The notes: a model not told the origin generated them from the sequence alone. A stretch of DNA of 64,000 nucleotides from Salpingoeca rosetta (GCA_033442325.1 JAWQFM010000010.1:625382-689381), one strand, 5' to 3'. Counted from the stretch's first letter, positions 11,629-24,804 are shown. A program made the numbers and translations.

Positions 11629-11887
11629 TGCTCTTCTTGCTTATGTTTGTGGGGCTACAAGTTGGTTTTATGATTCCCGACCTGCCCATCCTCTCTTGCA
11701 TGTGATGGCCAGCCAGTGGCAGATTCTTCTTTTTTCCTCACACATCCAACTGATGATGTGAAATGAACAACACCACCCACGAGCCACACCAAGCATCATA
11801 GCAAGCACACACCAAGCATCATAGCAAGCACACACCAAGCACACCAAGCACCCCCCTATCCATCCTTCCCGGCCCACCCCTCCCACC

Positions 11888-11956
<69 letters not shown>

Positions 11957-12025
11957 CACACGCACAGACACACACACACACACACAGAACACACGCACAC
12001 AAACAACAAACACAGCAGCCCAGCC

Positions 12026-13582
12026 ATGAGAGGGAGGACGCAGCCCATGAAGCTGATTGCCGGCCGCCCCTTGCGCGGGCCGGGCCGCGTCGCCTCCGCG
12101 GCTCGCGCCGCAGAGGTCGGCTGCCAGCACCAGATGGACAAGCTCTTTGACTGCTGGAAGCGAAACGACTTTGACGACACACAGTGCTCCAAGCTCATCC
12201 ACGCATACATGCGCTGCCTCTCCCAACAGGTGCGGTGTGCTTTGTGGCTGGGGTGTGATGGGTTGAGCGTTGTTTGGTGCATGGTGCATGTGTGCTGGTT
12301 TGTGGGTGGTTTGTGGGTGGTGGCTGTATTCTGCGTGTTTGTGTGCTGTTTGTGTGCTGTTTGTGTGCTGTTTGTGTGCTGTTTGTGTGCTGTTGTGTAG
12401 CGGTGGTGCGTGGTGTACTGCGCGACAAGCGCACCACACACACACACACACATCATCATCATCATCATCNNNNNNNNNNNNNNNNNNNNNNNNNNNNNNN
12501 NNNNNNNNNNNNNNNNNNNNNNNNNNNNNNNNNNNNNNNNNNNNNNNNNNNNNNNNNNNNNNNNNNNNNNNNNNNNNNNNNNNNNNNNNNNNNNNNNNNN
12601 NNNNNNNNNNNNNNNNNNNNNNNNNNNNNNNNNNNNNNNNNNNNNNNNNNNNNNNNNNNNNNNNNNNNNNNNNNNNNNNNNNNNNNNNNNNNNNNNNNNN
12701 NNNNNNNNNNNNNNNNNNNNNNNNNNNNNNNNNNNNNNNNNNNNNNNNNNNNNNNNNNNNNNNNNNNNNNNNNNNNNNNNNNNNNNNNNNNNNNNNNNNN
12801 NNNNNNNNNNNNNNNNNNNNNNNNNNNNNNNNNNNNNNNNNNNNNNNNNNNNNNNNNNNNNNNNNNNNNNNNNNNNNNNNNNNNNNNNNNNNNNNNNNNN
12901 NNNNNNNNNNNNNNNNNNNNNNNNNNNNNNNNNNNNNNNNNNNNNNNNNNNNNNNNNNNNNNNNNNNNNNNNNNNNNNNNNNNNNNNNNNNNNNNNNNNN
13001 NNNNNNNNNNNNNNNNNNNNNNNNNNNNNNNNNNNNNNNNNNNNNNNNNNNNNNNNNNNNNNNNNNNNNNNNNNNNNNNNNNNNNNNNNNNNNNNNNNNN
13101 NNNNNNNNNNNNNNNNNNNNNNNNNNNNNNNNNNNNNNNNNNNNNNNNNNNNNNNNNNNNNNNNNNNNNNNNNNNNNNNNNNNNNNNNNNNNNNNNNNNN
13201 NNNNNNNNNNNNNNNNNNNNNNNNNNNNNNNNNNNNNNNNNNNNNNNNNNNNNNNNNNNNNNNNNNNNNNNNNNNNNNNCACACACACACATACGCACAC
13301 ACACACACACACATACGCACACACACACACACCATCACACACACAATGCTGCCTTCATCACCTGGGCTGGTTCACTGCCATTCTAACACGTCTCCTCCCC
13401 TTTTGTCTTCCACTCACATCCTTGCCTGCCCTCTTGTCTTACACACACACACACACACGCACACACGCACACACACACACACTGCCACGCTCAATCACCA
13501 AACCAACTTGCAGAGCCGCGTGTCACGTTCCACGCCCTTGGATATGAGATCAGCCATGAAGGAGGTCGACCAGCCGAGATAA
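12026..13582 (+). CDS. CHCHD1: Twin CX9C (CHCH) protein, CHCHD1/mS37-like mitoribosomal protein; intron spans an assembly gap
   Basis: C-QHQMDKLFD-C-WKRNDFDDTQ-C-SKLIHAYMR-C after a basic N-terminus. Donor at ~12230. Likely last exon SRVSRSTPLDMRSAMKEVDQPR* at ~13514-13582. Confidence 0.7.
12470..13279. other. Assembly gap (N run)
   Basis: Ns. Confidence 1.
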
Positions 13583-13950
13583 CCTGCGGGAGCTCACAAC
13601 CTTCCCTCCTGCTCCGGCCGTCAATTCCAACGCAACCAGGAGCACACCACCGCAGTGCAGTGATGCCCTTTGCGTTTTTGTTTTTGCTTCTGCCTGCTCT
13701 GCACCTGCCTGCGTCATGCATACTGAACCTCATTGTATCCTGTATGTCGTAGCTGAACGTGTTCTCTTGTCAATACACGCACACCATTCATGCTTGATAC
13801 CATCCAGTGTTCCAGTGGCTTTGGTTATCCCAGTGTATTCAGGCAACAACACTGACCAGCAGTGAAGCGTCAACTTCCCCATCATACAACAACAACAACA
13901 CCCTCACCCCCCCACACACACACAGACAAACAACTCACACAAGCGGCACA

Positions 13951-15150
13951 TCACCACTGCACGTGCACCGCTGTGGGCGCTCCATGGGAAATGATGGTTA
14001 GCGGCTGCCGGCCACCAACGCCACCACCACCACCAGAGATGCATATTGCCGCCGCACCAGTGCTCACCCCAACCGAAAACTGCGATGATGCTGCCATGTG
14101 TGCAGCTGCCAAACCCGCGCCATCATCCACGAAAGGCGTTGCCGTTGCCGTTGAAGGTCTCGGCGCAGCTGTTACGCCGTGGGCGCTGGTGTGCGCGTCT
14201 GCAACTGCTCCCGCTGCTGCCCCTGTTGCTGCTGAAGTGTTGTGTGGGCGTGCGATGGTTGCGATGCTGGTGGTTGTGTCATACTGCCATCCACTCGCGG
14301 CCGCGGTCGCGAATATGTCCAGGAACACGTGGAACGGTAGCACGTCGAAGCTGTGTTGTGCATCAAGGAACGTGAGCTGTGCATTCTGCTTGCACCGGCG
14401 CAGTGTCAAATACGGCAGCAGTGACGTGCGCGCGCACTCCTTCTCCAATGCCTCCAGATATCGCCAGATGTTGAGGCGATCCGAGCACACCTCCATACCA
14501 TACAGGCGGTACAGCTGCTCTGCTGGGCCCGTCACGGACTCTGGGATAATCAGGCTTGCCATGATCTCTTTGGCACTGCCACTGCTGGCGTCACGCACTG
14601 CTGTTTCGCTTGATGCAGCTTTCGCTGCCTTTGCTGCTTTGGATGCTGTCGCTGCTGGCTTCTTTGCGTTTGTCTTCTTGTTGCTGCTCTTCGAATCTGC
14701 GGCTGCCTTGGCCTTGGCCTTGGTCTTCTTTCTGGCGCCCGGTTTGCCTTGATACCGTTGCGCTGCGGCCTCGAGGATGGCGGTTGCTGGGGCGTGGGCA
14801 GCCGTTGCCAGCGAGTGCCAATCTGCTGAGCGCAGGGCGCAGTATGGCTGGCGGCGGTTGCGTTTGAACACCAGCAGCGGCAGCACGTCCTCACGCTCCA
14901 AATGGGCGTGCCGCAGAGTCTGGTTCATGCACCGCCAGAACTGGAGCGTCTCTGTGTTTTTGCATTCGATAGCAAAGGGAAACAGGCCCTGCGCCTCTCG
15001 GGAAAGCAGGAGATCTGCGCCGTTTCGGCCCATGGGCGTGCTGATGATGTCACGTGCTGCAACCGCAGGGATGGCGTCCACCAGCATGGCCTGCACCTCG
15101 CTCTGGAACCGTGCGCCCTTTGCCTTGGCGCTGCGAATGTTTCGTGCCAT
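13951..15150 (-). CDS. Intronless PD-(D/E)xK nuclease resembling phage/archaeal Hjc-type Holliday junction resolvases, with a degenerate second domain
   Basis: SAKAKGARFQSEV...STPMGRNGADLLLS...FPFAIECKNTETLQFW...PLLVFKRNRRQPY matches the phage Hjc-like pattern (KG..E/Q, G.DL, IECKN.E.L..W, P.VV.K.N). Single 399-aa ORF. Confidence 0.75.
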   Translation of the reverse strand: MARNIRSAKAKGARFQSEVQAMLVDAIPAVAARDIISTPMGRNGADLLLSREAQGLFPFAIECKNTETLQFWRCMNQTLRHAHLEREDVLPLLVFKRNRRQPYCALRSADWHSLATAAHAPATAILEAAAQRYQGKPGARKKTKAKAKAAADSKSSNKKTNAKKPAATASKAAKAAKAASSETAVRDASSGSAKEIMASLIIPESVTGPAEQLYRLYGMEVCSDRLNIWRYLEALEKECARTSLLPYLTLRRCKQNAQLTFLDAQHSFDVLPFHVFLDIFATAAASGWQYDTTTSIATIARPHNTSAATGAAAGAVADAHTSAHGVTAAPRPSTATATPFVDDGAGLAAAHMAASSQFSVGVSTGAAAICISGGGGGVGGRQPLTIISHGAPTAVHVQW

Positions 15151-15613
15151 CTCAGCCTCTGTTTCTGTGTGTGTGTGTGCGTGTGTGCGTGCGTGTGTGT
15201 GTGTGAGTGTGTGTGTGCTGTACGTGTTTGAACGGGTGAGTGTGTGTGAATGCCAGGTTGTACGTGTGTGTGCACGTGTGCGTGCGTGTCAAACGTGTAG
15301 GATGCAGTGTTCAGAAGTGTAAAATGAATGAAAAGTACTCCAACCATTCGCATCCATAGCCATGCATGCGTCGCATCTCGCATCTCGCACACAAGAGCGG
15401 ATCTGCGCCCTCACCGGAGTGCACTACCTCACGTCAACTCACTCGCCGTGTTCCGCTCCGTCGAAATTTACTCGAAATCATTCATTAATCGTCACAACTT
15501 CACCCACCGCGCAGAAGAACAGACGCACAAACAGACAGCCACCTGCCGCAGACAGCCTGCCCTCTTCCCATCCCCACTCGCCGTCTCACGTTGACTGTCG
15601 AAGCGCGGGCGCC

Positions 15614-16122
15614 ATGGATGCTGCGGCGTACACGCCTGAGGTGGTCAAGTCGTTGCAGATTGCCAAGGTGTTCGACGACTCCACCAAGGTGATCAATGCC
15701 ATTGATTTCTCCGACAACGGCGAGCAGCTCGTCACCTCCGGCAACGACAACGAAATCCACGTCTACAATGTTCTGGAAGCACAGTGAGTCTCGCGCGTGG
15801 TCTGTGTTTGGTGGGGAATGAACAACAACCCCCGATACGGTCTTCAAAGGAGAAACAAGGCGTCTGTGTGTGTGTGAGCTGCGTGTTACGTGTGGGGTAG
15901 GGAAGAATGGAGCACGCGCTGAACAAGCAGCCGTGGCTGTTGGTTTTGGCGCGCACGTCACTGCTGTGCACACATACACACGCACAACCTCACCCACACA
16001 TTCACACACGCACACGCACATACACACACACACACACATCCACACCACACACGCACACGCGCGCACATACACACATTCACACACGCACACGCACACACAC
16101 ACACACACACCACACACGCACA

Positions 16123-16183
<61 letters not shown>

Positions 16184-17461
16184 AGACGAACAAAGAAAGT
16201 GCCGTCGCAAAAATACGGCTGCAGCCATGTGCGCTTCACACACTCGTCCATGTGCATCCTGCACGCGTCAACACAAAAGAACAGTGAGTGTGCTTGTGCT
16301 CGCCTTTGCTGCTCGCTGCATGTTCTTTACTTCTTCTTCCAAGTCCCCGCTGCCTCTACCCTTCTCATTTGTGTGCCTCTGCCAATTATTACCAGACGAT
16401 GTTCGCTACCTATCTCTGCACGACTCAAAGTACCTTCGCTACTTCAAAGGACACACAGACCGGTGCGATGGTTGTTGGTGTTCAGTGCCCTACATCTTGT
16501 TGCCGTGAGCTTGCTGCACACACATGCAAGCATGAAGAAAGCCACCACACACACACCTAGACTCATCACCACTCATCGCACCCTTATCACCCACTCATCA
16601 CTCATCATACAGGGTGACGAACATTGATATGAACCCAACGACAGATGCCTTTCTCACCACGTCAGACGACTGCACCATGCGTCTGTGGGACTTGAGATCA
16701 GACCACTGCCAGGTGAGACAACGCGAACACCTTGTTGGTCGACACAGCATTGTATTATGTGTGACTCGTTGGCCCCACTCACACAAACTTCTTCGCACTA
16801 CCACAAATACACGAGTACATTTACTCCCGCCCTCTCAAGCACACGCATACACACACATACACACATATACACACGCATACACACACGCATACACACGCAC
16901 ACACTCACCGTCGTTCTTGCGTGCGTGCGCTGTGTCCATAGGGATGTTTGAAGACGGACAAGCCTTCTGTCGCGTGCTTTGACAGCACGGGTCTGGTGAT
17001 GGCTGTTGGCGTGAACGGTTCAAGCATCAACCTCTACGATGCAAGGAAATACGAAAAGGTGGGCATGCCGCAGGGGCATGTGTGTGTGTGTCTGTGTGTG
17101 TGCCTATGTGTGTGTGTGTGTGTGTGCCTCTGTGTGTGCCTCTGTGTGTGCCTCTGTGCCTCTGTGCAGCCTTCTGTGTCAAGGTGGTGGATGGCGAGAC
17201 TGCACACCCCCCCCCTCCTCGCCTGTCCTCAGTCCTTCCCTCCCTCCGTCCTTCTCCTTCCCTCCGTTATGCGCGCCTCTGCACTCACCCCGCACTGCTC
17301 ATCTCTCTTTTCTTTGCTCCTCAGGGGCCCTTTGCCAAGTTTGAGGTGAAAAACAGCCAGAACGCCGGGTCCTGGACAAGTGAGTGGTCGCGTGTTCTGA
17401 CATGATGCGACGTTGCGCAGCGCGCTCACCTGTGAAAACTGCGCACGCAATCACTCATGTC

Positions 17462-17509
<48 letters not shown>

Positions 17510-18129
17510 AACACACACTCACTCACTCCCACATACACACACACACACATACACACAAAACACACACGCTGTACACAGAGCTGCAAGCTTCGCCGGACAG
17601 CCAGCACTTTGCGCTGACGACGGGTTATGGGCTGTCATTCATGATTGACGCGTTTTCGGGGGAGGAGGAGGCTGCGCTTGGCGACCGTGAGCTGGCGACA
17701 GCGGTGGATTTGTCCGCAGACTTCACCCCGTGTGGGCGGTTCTTTGCGACGGCAGGCAAGGGCGGCGTGATCGACATCTGGAACATTGCCGAGAAGAAGA
17801 AGGAGGCACACCTCACACGTGCGTTGATCGCTTGTTGTTGTTGTCAGTGATTAGCATGGTTTTGCTTGCACGTGCATGTGCACGTGTGAACGTGTGCATG
17901 TGCACGTGCGCCTGTCTGCCTGATTGTGGGGGCGTGCACGAGCTGGTCATTTACGTCTGCTGCCACACTTCAACCCCTCACCAATCCTCACCAATCCTCA
18001 CCACTACCTCTACCGACCACCACCGCAGGCCACCACGACGATGTGTCGTGTGTTCGGTTCAACCCCAAGTACATGATGATGGCGTCCACGTGCTCCAACC
18101 TCTGTCTCTGGCTCCCTTCCCCGTCTTGA
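15614..18129 (+). CDS. WDR82: WD repeat protein 82 (Swd2; COMPASS/PP1-PNUTS subunit), multi-exon
   Basis: SLQIAKVFDDSTKVINAIDFSDNGEQLVTSGND, PSQKYGCSHVRFTH, RYLSLHDSKYLRYFKGH, RFNPKYMMMASTCSNLCLWLP*. Confidence 0.92.
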
Positions 18130-18765
18130 CAGCGTCACTTGCGGATGCCTGCAAGAATTTTTTTTTCTTTTCGCTTGTCGCTCTCGTCGCCATGTACATC
18201 GTAGTTTGAACATACACCATTCCGGCCAAGCAAGACTGCCAAGCAAGATGGCACCTTCCCCCTCACCAAACACGCATGCACACACGCACACGCACGCACA
18301 ACCAATACTGTGTGCTGTTACAACTGTTGTTTTAACTTTTGTGCTCGCTTCCAACAGCACCACAGCACCACACAGCACGTGCTGGTCGCGATAACAGGCG
18401 CGCCAACACGGACATGCGTGCACGTGGCACCGTGCGTGTGTGTGTGCGCGCGCGTGTGTGTGTGTGTTGGGAGGAGCGGTGTACAACATCAACACATCAT
18501 CGTCATTCAACAACGGCAGCAGAGGAGAAGGGAAAGAAAGACAGCAGAAAGCACAACAAGTAGCAACGAAGAAAAGGCGAGGCGGAGAGCATGTTGTGCA
18601 TGTGCGTTTGTGCGTTCTCATATGTGCGGGTGGTTGTGGGCATGTATGTGTGGTTGTGCACTTGGTTGTGGTTGTGTCTGTGTCTGTCTCATGTATGAGG
18701 GTAGGGCAAAGAAAGGAAGCAACTCAAGCATGATATGCATGCACGTGCGTGTATGCGAGTGCAAT

Positions 18766-18898
18766 TTACCACGACTTCTTGAGGTCGAAGGTCCACTCCC
18801 ACGCAAGATGTGTCTCGCCATCGTCATCGATGAACTTGCTCTTCACCTTGTAGTGGCCGCGGGCGAGCATGCCAGACGGCATCTGCATATGTGTGTAT

Positions 18899-18993
<95 letters not shown>

Positions 18994-19478
18994 TGAGTGA
19001 GTGAGTGAGTGATTGAGTGAGAGTGTGTGAGTGAGAGTGTGCAAGATATCAACACCATACCATCATTGAGCATGGAACAACAGTGAAGAAAGAGGAAACC
19101 CAGCACAGTGCCAAGTCAGCAGCGACGGGCAGACAGCAACAGCGCCTTCACAATACCGGCGCCACGCATGTACGCACCTCCTGCCAGGGAGTCATTGCAG
19201 TCTGAGTTTCCGGCTTGGGGCCGTAGCTGCCGAGCATGAAGTTGTTCCTCTCAACTACACGCACGCGCACGCACACGCACACACGCACACACACAAAGGA
19301 AGTAAACGAGTGAGCAGCATGGAGGACGTGTCGAGTGCTCTTTCGCCGTGCCAGCTTCAAGCGCATCTTCTCAAGCGACAAGACAGTACATGTGGTGGTG
19401 GTAACTCACCTCGGACGCCCTTGCGGTAGACGGCATCCACATACCGCAGGCCAGAAACGACCTCGTTCTGAATCCTGA

Positions 19479-19541
<63 letters not shown>

Positions 19542-20197
19542 GTATCCATCAGGGACGTGCACAGCTCACGAGCGCCATTGCAGACTCCTCTCCCAAAACA
19601 TTTCCTCCCCGTCACCTTCGCTCTCTCTCCCATCCCGCTGTCTTTGCTTCGCACGCACTTGAAGTCAATCTTGATGCGGTACTGGCAACCCTCCTTGATG
19701 GTGAAGGACTTCTCCTTGAGCGTGGACAGGTCGCCCGTGAGGTCGAGCACGAGGTCCTCGTGGTCGTTTGTGTGGAAGATCATCGCCTGCACAATCACTT
19801 TCCTCGGGTCATCAGTGTCTTCACACACACACGGAGAAGAGGAAGAGGTGTGGTGGAGCGGCACACGGGTACGTGAGCTGGAACATGTACAAAGAAGCGG
19901 CCAGCTCGCAAACACAGATGCAGAGACATGCACGGAAAAGCTGCCAACACACAGGCACAAGCACACAGGCACAAAGCACAAGCAGACACAGACGTAAACA
20001 CACAGACACAGACACACCCCACACACCCACACACACTCTCACTCACTCTTTGCTGTCTCTGCGCCCTGCAGCAGTGCCGCCTTCCAGCGGTTGAGGGCCT
20101 CGTCGTCCTTGTCCAGCTCCTGAAGCGTGCCAAGGTCAACCTTCTTTGGTGCCTGGTAGCCAGGCGTGTTCTCGACCTGAAACTCCTCGTCAGCCAT
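18766..20197 (-). CDS. ARHGDIA: Rho GDP-dissociation inhibitor, multi-exon
   Basis: TPGYQAPKKVDLGTLQELDKDDEALNRWKAALL, FTIKEGCQYRIKIDFK, FMLGSYGPK, PSGMLARGHYKVKSKFIDDD..HLAWEWTFDLKKSW*. Confidence 0.95.
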
Positions 20198-20664
20198 TGT
20201 TGTTCTGGCGGTCTTCTCTCTCTCTCTGTCTGTGGTTGGAAATTGAACGCGTTGGTTGCGTGTGAATGTTTGCGTGTGAATGTTTGTGTGTGTGTGTGTG
20301 TGTGTGTGTGAGCACCAAAACCGTTGTCATTGCCGACCAAAATAAGGGAGGTACACCCACTTCCCTCTCCGTTTTCCCATCCTCCCCCTCCCCCTTCCTC
20401 GCACACACACACACCATCCAACATGCACGCATACCTGTTCTCCTTGTGCTGTGTGAGGTGGTGGGCGGTTATTGAATTGGTCGGTGGTGCCTTTTTTTGG
20501 CTTTGTGTTGCTGTGCTCTCTGTATCCGCCTGTCAGTTGTTTGGATTGCGCTCGAAGGAAAAAAATTCTTTTATTTTGGCCTCTTTTTTTGGCATAAAAA
20601 AGTGTGGGCGCAGCGTCAGCAGAAAAAGTGCTGACTGCCAAGAAGGAGAACGACAGCGGCAGAG

Positions 20665-22305
20665 ATGAGCAGCAGCAGCGACGATGACCTCTACGCAGTG
20701 GAGGATGGTGTGTGCTTGTCGTGGGTGGTCATGTTCTGTGCGTTGTGCCCTGCGCTGTGCTGTGTGCGCTGCACTGCATTGTGTGCTGTGCGTTGTGTGC
20801 TGTGTGCCGCATTTTCCATCGCAGCCTCCCTCTCCCCCTCACATCTTCTCCCTCTCACTCACTCCCTCGCACGCTGGTTTGCAGATGCCACTGGCACCGC
20901 GCCAGAAGCCGCAGCCACTGGTGCTGGCGCCACAGACACCAAACAGGTTGGTGCACATGCTTCCCACCCAACACACGTGCTTGGCATTACGGTCCTGTCT
21001 CTGCTGCTCACATCCCACTCACATCACTCACATCACACACTTCATCACACACATCACTCACACTCACATCACTCACACTCACATCACTCACACTCACTCA
21101 CACTCACACATGTTCCATGTGGCTCAGGTGGAGGACGATGACACCATCGACCTTACTCCCGCCGCCATTCCCGGTCACGAAGACGACGATGAAGACAGCA
21201 GGTCCGAGCACGTGTGCTTGTATGTGTGCGTTTGTGTGCGTCAACTTGTGTGTACACGGGACTGAAAGTGCGAGAATTCGCTCAGGTGTGTGCAGCATCT
21301 CCTCTTCCCCCCCCCCACCCGCTCTTCCAACACACACTCACCCACTCACTCACTCACACACACACACACTCACTCACTCACTCACACACACACACACACA
21401 CACACACACTCGTGCAATCCGCACTGACTGCTTTGCCCATCTTGCTTGCTGTACTTGCAGTGATGAGGAGGTGTACGAAGACACGGCCAACGTGACCATC
21501 ATCAAGGGCGGCACTGAGGAACCAGCCACGACTCAGGCATGGGGTGCCACAAAACCCGACCAACCAGCACAGCCTCAAGCACAGCAACAACAACAACAAC
21601 AGCAGCAGCAGCAGCCGGCGCAGCCTTCGACGCAAGCATGTGAGTGTGTGAGTGTGTGAGTGTGTGAGTGTGTGCGTGCTTGTGCATGTGTTTTGTTGGA
21701 CACTCCACGCCACCCATGAACAGGTTCCTTCGCTAACGCTCTGCTTTCGTCTTACTACTCCTGTGTACTTACTTTTGCTGGCTTGCTGTTTGTCTCTGGC
21801 ACATAGCCGCGCCACAACCCATCCCGACAAAGCCCATTGGTGACGGCTACACGTCCCAGCGGCCTACCAAGAGGTTCAACCTCAACCCCACAGCAATGGT
21901 GAGTGAGAACCGCCTCCTGCACCCCCATCATGATGAGGAGTGCAAGGGTGAGCTGGTGGTGGTCGTGGTCGTTGTTGTTGTTGTTGTTGTTGTGCTCGTC
22001 GTCGTCATTGCCATGGTGCGACGTGTCACACCCACAACCGCCAAGTCACTCACACGTGCTACCTGCTGTGACTGCTGTGACGGCTGTGACGTTTGCACGT
22101 GTCCAGTACAAAGGCGTGAACATCCTCGATTTGCAGCTGGAGAGCTTGCCCGAGAAGCCATGGCGCGAACCAGGTGGGTGCAGTTCACTTGGTGTAGCAG
22201 ACACGTGTATCTGTTCGCAGCTCCTCAATAACAGCAACAGCACCAACTTGCTGACACTGTACACTGTACACGTGTGTCATTCTTTGCACACCCTTACCTT
22301 CGCAT

Positions 22306-22397
<92 letters not shown>

Positions 22398-23134
22398 ACT
22401 GACCGTGTGGGTGCAGGCGCTGACATTTCCGACTACTTCAACTACGGGTTTGATGAGGAGACGTGGAAGGAGTACGCAAAGAAGCAAATTGAGATGCGCC
22501 AGGCAGCAGAGGCCATTCGTACGTTGTAGTTGCGTGTGTGCGTGTGCGTGCGTGCGTGCGTGTGTGTGTATGCGCGTGAACATTTTGTGGTGTGAGTTCC
22601 CTGTGCCAGCATATCACACTGACGTGTGCTCTCATGTGCATGCGGTGGATTATGACAGGCAACGGCAGCAAAGACCAGCAGCAACAGCAACGCTCACAAC
22701 AGCAACAGCAGCAGCAGCAGCAGCAGCGGCAGCAGCAGCAACAAAACCCTGTGCCGCCACAAATGAGCATGCAAATGCCTCAAGGTGCGCGTGGGTGCCT
22801 GGGCGTGAGTTTGCGGTTGAATGCTTGCGGGTGGATCAATCACTTCTCACTCGTTCGATTGTGTGCGGTGCATCTTGCTGCCGTGCATGTGTGTGTGTGT
22901 GCATGTGTGTGTGTGTGTTGACAGGAATGTTTCCACCTGCTCCACCGCCACATATGATGCCGCCACACATGATGCAAGGGTACGGCCTGCAATGCGTCGT
23001 GGTTGTGTGTGTGTGTGTGTTTGTAGGAGTGTTCCTTGTGTTTATACATGTGTGCACGCGTGTTTGATGTCACTCAGCTCCTGGTAGTGCCATCAGCCCC
23101 CGTTCCCACCTCACCCACCAACGTAACAATGCGC

Positions 23135-23210
<76 letters not shown>

Positions 23211-24436
23211 ACAGAGGAATGCCCTTCCGGCCCGGAATGCCGCCAAACATGCATCCGCCGCCACCCATGTACGTGCACAGCAATGTGTGCTTGTCTTCGT
23301 CTGATCCTAAATGCACTCGTCCCGCTGTGTTCCTGGCTACCCCACCCACACACACACACAATCGCTCACTCTCACACTTGCATATATTCTGATGTGCACA
23401 TGCGCCACTGCTCACTCACGTGTGTTTGGTGGATGCAACCCCTTCTTCTTCCTCAACTCCTCTGCCCCTCAGGTCCATGGGCTACCGTAAGTCACGACGC
23501 AATTTGTTGCCGCTGCGCGGCTGCTTCCCACATACACATCCACAAAAAGCAAACGCACTGGAGCAGCTCTGTACCAAGCGTACATGCACTAATCCGTGCG
23601 TGTGTGTGCATGTGTGCATGTGTGCATGTGTGTGTGCACAGGGATGGATCGCCCGCCAATGCCGCCGCCGCCAGGAATGCCGCCATCGGCACCAGGGATG
23701 CGGTCAGTTGTGGCGCGAGCCGGCACACACACACACACACATACACACTACTACACACACACACTACTACACACAGACACACACACACTCACACACTCAC
23801 ACCATCACACGCACACACACACACACTACTACACACACACACACTCACACAGACACACACACAGACAGACAGACACACACACACACACACACCATCCCAC
23901 CATCACACATTGACTCGCCTCTTCTCTCCCTCGCCCAACTGCTGTCTTCGCCAACTGGCTGCAGGCCGCCCCTGATACCTGGCGGCGCCGGCGGGGACAT
24001 GGCACCAGAGAGCAGCGAATACGACCGGGAGCGCAGCGCCGGCAGCAGAGACACCGACAGAGACAGAGACAGGGACGGGTATGGGGAGCGAGACCACGAC
24101 AGAGAGCGGCATGGCAGGGAGAGGGACAGGGAGCGTGAGTCAAGTAGCAGAGACAGACGTGACCGCGACCGTGACCGCGACCGTGATCGTGATCGTGAAG
24201 GATCTGAGCGCCGGCACCACCGCCACCGCCACGAGCGGGAGCACCGCGGCAGCAGCAGCAGCAGCGTCACTGCTGGGGGCGGCGGCGGTGGTGGTGGGGA
24301 TGAAGGGCATCCATATGAGTACCAGCACGCGTACCCACACCCGCACCATCACCACCACCCGTCGCACCATCGCGGGGAGCGTGGGCGAGACCGCTCCTCG
24401 AGAGACCGCGACGACCGCGACGACCGCAGGCGCCCG
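20665..24436 (+). CDS. FIP1L1: Pre-mRNA 3'-end-processing factor FIP1; 3' end unresolved near gap
   Basis: Acidic N-terminus. Fip1 motif [35 protein letters not shown]. Pro-rich region and RD/RE-rich C-terminus. Confidence 0.9.
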
Positions 24437-24552
24437 GTGTGTGTGTGTGTGTGTGTGTGCGTGCGTGTGTGTGTGTGTGTGCGTGCGTGTGTGTGTGTGC
24501 GTGCGTGTGTGTGTGTCTGTCTGTCTGTATCCCTCTGTCTGTCTGTCTCTCT

Positions 24553-24668
24553 TCTCATCTCATCTCATCTCATCTCTTCTCATCTCATCTCATCTCATCT
24601 CATCTCATCTCATCTCATCTCATCTCATCTCATCTCATCTCTTCTCTTCTCTTCTCTTCTCTTCTCTT

Positions 24669-24704
<36 letters not shown>
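24553..24704. repeat. (TCTCA)n / (TCTCT)n / (TC)n microsatellite
   Basis: Direct reading. Confidence 0.9.
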
Positions 24705-24804
24705 NNNNNNNNNNNNNNNNNNNNNNNNNNNNNNNNNNNNNNNNNNNNNNNNNNNNNNNNNNNNNNNNNNNNNNNNNNNNNNNNNNNNNNNNNNNNNNNN
24801 NNNN
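24705..24804. other. Assembly gap (N run)
   Basis: Ns. Confidence 1.

Larger units (their letters stand above)
10780..11952 (-). repeat. Right arm of large inverted repeat
   Basis: Reverse complement of the left arm. Homology ends in the (CA)n tract at ~11890-11952. Confidence 0.95.

Noticed and set aside
100-11990. Autonomous DNA transposon with TIRs and a target-site duplication
   Set aside because: No transposase or recombinase lies between the arms and no TSD is visible. Homology fades into microsatellite at the outer ends.
11668-13582. Long ORFs of 290-560 aa
   Set aside because: They run through the N gap and are artefacts.
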